20,000 nt of DNA from an uncultured virus (IMG/VR IMGVR_UViG_3300021962_000072). Lineage: Duplodnaviria; Heunggongvirae; Uroviricota; Caudoviricetes. The translations under genes and the position numbers were made by a program. The first letter of the stretch is position 1. Each line of letters begins with the position of its first letter. The stretch lies in the IMG/VR virus record IMGVR_UViG_3300021962_000072, positions 58,188-78,187 of that record. One strand, written 5' to 3'. Below are positions 8,069-15,200 of the stretch, in pieces. Below the pieces are notes generated by a model. The model searched no databases and had not been told where the DNA came from. It saw only the letters and a list, made by a program, of their open reading frames with translations.

Positions 8069-8635
8069 ATGGCAAAATATCTTTCTACAAAAACTTATGG
8101 CAACGACAGAGGACTTAGTTGTTGCTTCCGCCAATGGCGTTCTACACACTCACACTGCTCATTAATTCACGGTTACTCAATCGGTATCGAACTCGTTTTC
8201 GAATCTGAAACATTAGACGATCGTAATTGGGTTATGGACTTTGGAGGTCTCAAAGCATTCAAAGAATGGAGCGAATGGCAATTCGATCATACTCTAGTAG
8301 TTGCTAAAGATGATCCTCATCTAAACTTTTTCAGGCAAATGAGTAACCTCGGTGATCCTCCTATATCTGGAACAGGATCTTTAGAAGCTGTTAAACCCCA
8401 CGAACGCAGAGCACTTTGCGATCTTAGAATTGTAGATGCGGTCGGTTGCGAAAAGTTTGCTGAACTAGCATATCAAACAATGTCTGAAATACTAGCAGCA
8501 TATCAAGAAGGACGAGGATGGACCCATCCAGACGGGCGTGTCTTTGAAGCACGTTATCCAACTGGCTCAGGTGTTAAACTTCGTTCTGCAAAAGTATTCG
8601 AGCATGCAGGAAACAGCGCAACCTACGAAGGTTAA
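8069..8635 (+). CDS. queD: 6-carboxy-5,6,7,8-tetrahydropterin synthase QueD (PTPS family)
   Basis: CCFRQW…HCSLIHGY, DFGGLK, FDHT, GCEKFA and VFEHAGNSA motifs. SD AAGGAG precedes ATG 8069. Confidence 0.9.
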   Translation: MAKYLSTKTYGNDRGLSCCFRQWRSTHSHCSLIHGYSIGIELVFESETLDDRNWVMDFGGLKAFKEWSEWQFDHTLVVAKDDPHLNFFRQMSNLGDPPISGTGSLEAVKPHERRALCDLRIVDAVGCEKFAELAYQTMSEILAAYQEGRGWTHPDGRVFEARYPTGSGVKLRSAKVFEHAGNSATYEG

Positions 8636-9323
8636 TATTGTCTGTTTGAAACACGGGGACAAATACGGCCCCGAGTATGTTAACAAACTATTCAACATGA
8701 TATCTAGAAATTTAACCTTGCCCTATAATTTTATCTGCTTTACAGATAATGCGGCAGGGTTAAATCCTGATATAGATATAAGAATGCTGCCTGCCGGAAA
8801 CTATCGAGGATGGTGGTGGAAACCGTATATTTTTAAAAAAGGTCATTTCGATTCTAAAGATACCAACTTCTTTATAGACCTTGACATGGTTATTGTAAAA
8901 AACATCGATCACTTTTTTTCTTTTGAACCTGACAAATTTGTAGGATTAGAAGATGTCGGAAGAGTATTCGGATACCGAGCACCTAAGTTAGGCAGTGCTG
9001 TGTTAAAATGGCGAGGAGACAACTACTCTAGGATATGGACTACAATAGAACAAGATCCTAATATATGCAGTAGATTTGCCGGAGACCAGGAATACATCTG
9101 GTCTTTATACAGAGACGAGATTAAATTTTTTCCAGCAGAATGGATACGCAGTTATAAATGGGAAATTAGAAATCAATCCGAGTTAGAAAGAAGAGGAGGT
9201 CAGTTCTTCTTTAAACAAGTAATCGATCCTATAGTTCCAAAAGGTACTTGTATATTGGCATTCCACGGAACTCCAAATCCACACGATGTTGAAGATCCTG
9301 TTATTGTTGACAACTGGCGTTAA
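8604..9323 (+). CDS. GT-A fold glycosyltransferase (GT8-like)
   Basis: IVCLKHGDKY.PEYVNKL, WWWK, DxD motif (FIDLDMV), GDQEYI and FHGTPNPH. The start is uncertain; ATG 8604 is preferred. Confidence 0.8.
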   Translation: MQETAQPTKVNIVCLKHGDKYGPEYVNKLFNMISRNLTLPYNFICFTDNAAGLNPDIDIRMLPAGNYRGWWWKPYIFKKGHFDSKDTNFFIDLDMVIVKNIDHFFSFEPDKFVGLEDVGRVFGYRAPKLGSAVLKWRGDNYSRIWTTIEQDPNICSRFAGDQEYIWSLYRDEIKFFPAEWIRSYKWEIRNQSELERRGGQFFFKQVIDPIVPKGTCILAFHGTPNPHDVEDPVIVDNWR

Positions 9324-9335
9324 TGACGTTATACT
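9307..9335 (+). promoter_or_regulatory. Sigma70-type promoter giving a leaderless uvsE transcript
   Basis: TTGACA at 9307-9312, 17-nt spacer, TATACT at 9330-9335; the ATG at 9342 sits at the expected +1. Confidence 0.85.
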
Positions 9336-9341
9336 GCTTAT

Positions 9342-10367
9342 ATGACTAAACGTATCGGCTTTGCCTGCAAATGGATCGACCGCCCTGATCAAGTGGACGG
9401 TATTAAACCCAAAGATGAGTGTAAGATCTACAACACTGGTGCTACTACAGTGGCCTGGTTAAATAGACAAGACAAGGCAGTTGCTGAACAAAAGCTGTGG
9501 GATCTAATGGTCCAAAACATCGAAGCAACTCGTAAACTTGTAGAGCGTGTAGGAGGGCTCGATGAAAATCTTAGAATGGTACGACTCAGCAGCGATATAC
9601 TTCCTGTCTACACTGAGCCTACTTGGAGCTGGTTTTGGCGGCTTCCCGATACTAGAAACTATTGCGAAAGAGGATTTGGACAAATCGGAGATGTGGCTCG
9701 TTCGAATAATGTTCGGTTGTCTTTTCACCCTGGCCAGTTTACTGTGCTTGCATCTGATAACGATGATATTGTAAATCGATCAATTGAGGAGTTTGAATAC
9801 CATGTGGACATGGCTCGCTGGATGGGGTTTGGTCAAACGTTTCAAGACTTTAAAATCAACGTTCATATCGCGGGTCGACGAGGCCCCGATGGAATACGTG
9901 CTGCGTTGGCTCGCCTAACACCCGAAGCACGTAATACTATTACTATTGAAAACGAAGAAAACGCTTGGGGGTTAGATGACTGTCTTACTATTTCTGATGT
10001 TGTACCTATCGTGCTCGATATACATCATCACTGGTGTCGTGAAGGTGAGTATATTGTACCAACAGATGCCCGAGTGCAGAAAGTCATTGATAGCTGGCGT
10101 GGTGTTCGTCCTGTGTGTCACTATTCCGTTAGCCGTGAAGATATTCTCAATGGACATTGCTCAAATACAATGCCCGACTATCCCGTTCTTCTAGAAAATG
10201 GTTACAAGAAAGCAAAACTCAGAGCTCATTCTGACTTCTACTGGAATACAGCAGTTAACAGATGGGCTCTGAGCTTTAGAGAAACACACGACATTATGTG
10301 CGAAAGCAAGGCTAAGAATTTAGCCAGCTTTGCACTTTACGAAGAAGCCAAAAGCTTAGGACTTTGA
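9342..10367 (+). CDS. uvsE: UV-damage endonuclease UvsE/UVDE
   Basis: RIGFAC, RLSSDILP, RLSFHPGQF, IENEE, LDIHHH, AHSD and IMCESKAKNLA motifs of the UvdE TIM barrel. Confidence 0.93.
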   Translation: MTKRIGFACKWIDRPDQVDGIKPKDECKIYNTGATTVAWLNRQDKAVAEQKLWDLMVQNIEATRKLVERVGGLDENLRMVRLSSDILPVYTEPTWSWFWRLPDTRNYCERGFGQIGDVARSNNVRLSFHPGQFTVLASDNDDIVNRSIEEFEYHVDMARWMGFGQTFQDFKINVHIAGRRGPDGIRAALARLTPEARNTITIENEENAWGLDDCLTISDVVPIVLDIHHHWCREGEYIVPTDARVQKVIDSWRGVRPVCHYSVSREDILNGHCSNTMPDYPVLLENGYKKAKLRAHSDFYWNTAVNRWALSFRETHDIMCESKAKNLASFALYEEAKSLGL

Positions 10368-10643
10368 TTTCTTAGTACGTGGTTTTTTCTCAGCAGGGGC
10401 TGCTTTAGTTTTTGGAGCAGCCTTTTTTGCTGGCGCTTTTTTCTTTTTAGGTGCAGCTTCTGCTACGGGTTCCGCAGGCTTTTGTGCATCTGGGAATGGC
10501 CAAGCAGCTGGTGCTGTAGATGCTACCATTGCCTCAGTAGCTTGTTCTGCTACAGTAGTAGGTGCTTCAACCTTGTATGGGGCTTCTGCTTTTGGTGCCT
10601 CTTCAGTTTTACCGCCAAAAAGTTTTTTGAGTAATCCAAGCAT
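10356..10643 (-). CDS. Lys/Ala/Pro-rich histone H1-like protein with an N-terminal amphipathic helix and an AAWPFP motif
   Basis: 95 aa, with SD AGGAG and TAAATA upstream on the minus strand; tail PKKKKAPAKKAAPKTK. Confidence 0.75.
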   Translation of the reverse strand: MLGLLKKLFGGKTEEAPKAEAPYKVEAPTTVAEQATEAMVASTAPAAWPFPDAQKPAEPVAEAAPKKKKAPAKKAAPKTKAAPAEKKPRTKKSKS

Positions 10644-10663
10644 TTTATAAATCTCCTTGTGGA

Positions 10664-10683
10664 ATATTTAGCGCGGTAAATAT
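10664..10683. promoter_or_regulatory. Back-to-back divergent TAAATA promoters
   Basis: ATATTTA-GCGCGG-TAAATAT inverted repeat between two divergent genes. Confidence 0.6.
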
Positions 10684-10687
10684 AGGT

Positions 10688-11242
10688 ATGCTACATTTTA
10701 TTAAAAGTTTAACAGAATCTAAAGATCAACGAGAATTAAAACAAGATAAGCTCAAATTTAAAAAAGATGAGCTTGATCCCGTTATGAGCGAAGCAACTAT
10801 AAAATACCATTACGATGGGCTTGCTTCTAAGTATTCAGAGAGATATAATAAAGGTGAAGGCGACCCGGATTTTAACTACGGAGGTGCTGTCCTTCATAAT
10901 TTATTTTTCAATAATCTAACTCCCCCAAGAGCTGCAAATAAAGCTATTGGTGCAAGCAAGGATTTAATCGAAGAAAAATATGGAAGCTTTGAAGAATTTA
11001 AAAAAGCATTTGAAAAAGAGTTTATGGCAGCACAAGGATCAAATTGGATCTACATGGACACCGCTGGAGACTTGCATACCATACACAATCACGAATACAA
11101 AAACACGATGAAGATTGCTCTGTTGATAGATGCTTGGGAACACGCCTGGGCATTAGATTATCAACAAGATAAGGCCAAATACCTATCAAATATTTGGAGA
11201 ATAATCGATTGGGATGTTGTTAATACTAGACTAGGAGTTTAA
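10688..11242 (+). CDS. sod: Divergent Fe/Mn superoxide dismutase
   Basis: LDPVMSEATIKYHY, GGAVLHNLFF, YGSFEEFK, GSNW, DAWEHAWALDY and IIDWDVVN; all four metal ligands are identifiable. Confidence 0.9.
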   Translation: MLHFIKSLTESKDQRELKQDKLKFKKDELDPVMSEATIKYHYDGLASKYSERYNKGEGDPDFNYGGAVLHNLFFNNLTPPRAANKAIGASKDLIEEKYGSFEEFKKAFEKEFMAAQGSNWIYMDTAGDLHTIHNHEYKNTMKIALLIDAWEHAWALDYQQDKAKYLSNIWRIIDWDVVNTRLGV

Positions 11243-11243
11243 T

Positions 11244-11630
11244 ATGGCATATTCTGAAAAAGTAATTGATCATTATGAAAATCCACGAAATGTGGGCAAG
11301 TTCGAAATAGATGATACTATTGGCACAGGAATGGTCGGTGCACCTGCCTGTGGTGATGTAATGAAATTGCAAATCAAAGTTAATAATCAAGGAATTATCG
11401 AAGATGCTAAGTTTAAAACTTATGGTTGCGGAAGTGCTATTGCGAGCAGTTCATTGGTCACTGAATGGGTTAAGGGCAAAACGCTTGACCAAGCAACACA
11501 GATTAAGAATAGTCAGATTGCAGAAGAGCTTGCGCTCCCTCCGGTTAAAATACATTGTTCTATCCTAGCAGAAGACGCAATTAAAGCAGCCATAGAAGAC
11601 TACAAAAAGAAACATGATATCACTGACTGA
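11244..11630 (+). CDS. iscU: Fe-S cluster scaffold IscU
   Basis: MAYSEKVIDHYENPRNVG, GAPACGD, GCGSAIAS and LPPVKIHC (HscA-binding LPPVK motif). Confidence 0.98.
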   Translation: MAYSEKVIDHYENPRNVGKFEIDDTIGTGMVGAPACGDVMKLQIKVNNQGIIEDAKFKTYGCGSAIASSSLVTEWVKGKTLDQATQIKNSQIAEELALPPVKIHCSILAEDAIKAAIEDYKKKHDITD

Positions 11631-11934
11631 GTTAGCAGCCGATAAAGTAAAACAACAAATAGAACGCAGAGGCAAAGGATTAGGTATCCGAATCGGAGTT
11701 AAAACTACCGGTTGCAGCGGGTATGCCTACGCTTTAGAATACGTAGATTCCGTTAGATTAGAAGATATTAGCTTTGTGAGCTACGGAGTACACGTATTCG
11801 TAGATCCAAAAAGTCTTACGTTTTTAGAAGGACTAACAATGGATTGGAAACGTAACGGGCTAAACGAAGGGTTCGACTTTATAAATCCTTTAGAAAAAGA
11901 TCGATGCGGGTGTGGAGAATCTTTTAGGATCTAA
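11614..11934 (+). CDS. iscA: A-type Fe-S carrier IscA
   Basis: RGKGLGIRIGVKTTGCSG and C-terminal CGCGESF. Confidence 0.96.
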   Translation: MISLTELAADKVKQQIERRGKGLGIRIGVKTTGCSGYAYALEYVDSVRLEDISFVSYGVHVFVDPKSLTFLEGLTMDWKRNGLNEGFDFINPLEKDRCGCGESFRI

Positions 11935-12218
11935 TATTTTCCCACAGGTAAATTGCTGCTAGCCGGCAAATTCCATATATTCTTTTGCTCTACACCTTTT
12001 CTTTGGGCAAATCTCTTGGCATCGCAGTTTGAGCACACGTGAAAGTAGTTGTTGCTTAATCGTTTGCGATCAATCTTCTTTAGATCTCTTTTAAAGATTT
12101 CATTACAATTATCACACCTAAACACTGCGACAGTTTTAGTTCGCGTGTAGGTGTGCTCATTGCCTAATTTGCTTGGTCGTTTATATTCCGAAACGACTGT
12201 CTCAATATCTAAGAACAT
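11931..12218 (-). CDS. Small Zn-finger-like protein (CxxC…CxxC)
   Basis: 95 aa, basic, with CDNC and CSNC; TAAATA lies 4 nt upstream on the minus strand (12223-12228). Confidence 0.75.
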   Translation of the reverse strand: MFLDIETVVSEYKRPSKLGNEHTYTRTKTVAVFRCDNCNEIFKRDLKKIDRKRLSNNYFHVCSNCDAKRFAQRKGVEQKNIWNLPASSNLPVGKY

Positions 12219-12222
12219 CTAA

Positions 12223-12258
12223 TATTTACATTAGGCTTATCAAACTTTGGGCTAAATA
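12223..12258. promoter_or_regulatory. Second divergent TAAATA pair
   Basis: TATTTA at 12223-12228 (minus) and TAAATA at 12253-12258 (plus) in the divergent intergenic region. Confidence 0.55.
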
Positions 12259-12289
12259 TTGAAGTAACCATTTTTCCAGGGTATTGAAC

Positions 12290-15200
12290 ATGGCAAGAAA
12301 AATAATTGATGTTGGTTTAACCGATAATGACGGCACAGGCGATAGTATTCGCGACTCGTTTAAGAAAGTAAACGATAATTTCCAAGAGCTTTACAGCTCT
12401 TTAGGATTAGGGGAACGACTAAGATTTACAGGACTCGACGACGTTCCTGGATCGTATCTCAATCAACAACAAAAAATCCTAGTAGTTAACAATAATCAGA
12501 CAGGAATGGAATTCCGTCGATTAGTTGCCGCAACAGGATTAACTATCACACACGACGAAACAGCCGGAACAGTTACATTTACAGCATTAAATCAGAGCAT
12601 AGTAAATGATAAAAGTCCAGCATTGGGCGGCGATCTTAACGCTACTTCGGACGGAATAGCACGAAGAATTAAAAATCTTGCAGATCCTGTGGCAGCGGAC
12701 GATGCTGCTAAAAAATCATATGTAGATTCTAAATTAAGTATAGCTGGTGTTAGTGCTATAGATCCTGCTACAGGTATAACCAACAGAGCGTTTGGAACTA
12801 TGACTGGACCTTTGGTTCTGTCAAGATCCCCTAGGGCAGAAGACGATGATAATTATGGCGGCCTAATCGCTGCTACTAAGTCGTATGTTGATGCTTCTAG
12901 TTTTGCCAGCACAACTTCTTTATATGTGAATCTAGGAGGAAACGATAATCGAACAGATATTCCCGATAGTAGAAAGGGAAGATCTCCGGCATACGCATTT
13001 AGGACTCTTGAAAGAGCAGTTAAAGAAGCCGAAAGAGTCATAACTGAATCATTATACGAACTTAGTGTATATGCTAAAAAATTAACCTATAACGACGGTT
13101 TGGCTTGTACATTAACTAAAATCGAAACTGCTCCTAACAGCGGTTCGGGCGCAGACATTAGAGCTAGAATGACTGTTGAAGTTGAAGCTCTAAATAATAC
13201 AGGAACTGGTTATCGTGTCGGCGACGTGCTAACCATCCAGGGCGGTTCATATTCTGCACAAGCATCTTATAGAGTGTTGTCTATTAACACATCAAATGGT
13301 GCTATCCTAACTTATCAAAGACTAAGTTCTGGAAACTATAGCAGTTTACCTGGAACTACTAATGTATCAACTACAGTAACTTCTGCACCAGGGTCTCAAC
13401 TAACAGCAATTGGTGCCGGTGCAACATTTAATCTAACATATAAAGTAACAGAATTAAGTATCTTCGATGGGGGCACTGGGTACGGACCAGTCAGTGTTAC
13501 GATTTCCGGAACTGGTAGTGGAGCTAGCGCAGTGGCCAACGTTACTGACGGGGTTGTTACAACGGTCTCTTTATTAGCTGGCGGAACTGGATATACAGCT
13601 ATCCCAACAGTTACAGTAAGATTGCCTAGACTTTTTATATTCACTAACGGAATCAAAACAGATTTTTCAAAGAGCGTTGATCCAAGATCTCAAGACATCA
13701 GAGAAGGGTTAGGTATCAAAGGAGCAACTTCTGGCGCTGTAGCAGAAATATTAAGCCATAGTGCATCTCTAGATACACCAGCAAATGGTTATCCTGCAGG
13801 TAGCGGTAATAACGAAATGTTTGATGTAGGTATCTTGCAGGGTGAATTTATTAACGGTGAAGAATTACTCTATGGCGAACTTGTAAAGAATAAGCAAATT
13901 ACCATCCAGATGGAGTCTGGTGTATTTGAAGAAAACTTACCTTTGCGTATTCCACCAAATATATCTTTAATTGGTGAAGAATTCCGTAGAACTTTAATTA
14001 GACCTAAACCAGGAATCAGTACCAGTCCGTATACCCAGATTTACTTCAGAAGAGATCCTGTAATCGATAATCTCAGAGTAACAGGCTTGAGCGGTCCTAA
14101 CTATGCTGATGCTCTTAATACTACAGCAACACCTAGCGGAATAAACGGTCTTATCACCGTAACTATTGGTACTGCTAGTGCCAATGTTAACTGGTTAGGT
14201 AAAGTATTTGGAATGAATCGAGGCGAAGGTATTGTTAGAAGCATCGTTTCTTCAACACAATTTACTGTACAGGTTTATGATGAGTTAACCAGTACAACAA
14301 CTGCTACGGCGGGAAATTGGTATTTGCGAACTGTTCTTGAATACGGTTATCATTATCTAAGAGATAACTCTAGACCAATCTGGCCTATTATTAACAATAT
14401 CGGTAAGAACTATAACGCTTCAACTCTATTAAGTTTGAACAGATTATTCTTACAAAAAGAAGTAGTAGCTTATGTAAACACATTACCGGGACTAGTTCCA
14501 TATAATCAAACACTATGCGAAAGAGACGTGGGGTTAATGGTCGATGCGTTGGCCTACGATTTAATCTATGGCAGCTATACCAGATCTGTTGAATCTGCAT
14601 TAAAATATTATCAAAGTACCAGTGGACTTATAGCCATTGGATTAACTGGTTCTGTCGACGCAGGATTAACTCCGGTTGGATCGGGAAGTCAGAAACCATT
14701 AACTCTTGCTGCTGTAGCACACTTAGGTACACTGGCTGACAAGGTCGTTACAAACACACCTCATACAAGATTAAACACAGACCCAGATGCTGTTCAGGTC
14801 ATCAACTTTGCGCTAACTGCTGAGCCAGGTAACCCTAGTCAAAATATTCCTAGCTCCAGAACAACATTATCTACACTAGTCAATGTTATTTCTCAGATGC
14901 TAGATCAACCTAGCCAAGTAAACTTCCCTAAGAATAATTCAGAAATGGATGTATTCTTATTAAATGATGCTAATATTTTAAGGCAGATTACTGTACAAGG
15001 TCACGGTGGAATGGCGCAGGTACTTGACCCCGAAGGACAAATACTTACTAAGTCTCCGTATTCACAGCAAGGATCTATATTCTCTGCTAGTATCAACAAA
15101 CAATCATTCCGTGGAGGTATCTTTGTAGACGGATACACTGGTAATCAAAGATTTAGAATTAAATCAAAGACTGACAATTTTACTCTTGAAGTAGATCAAC

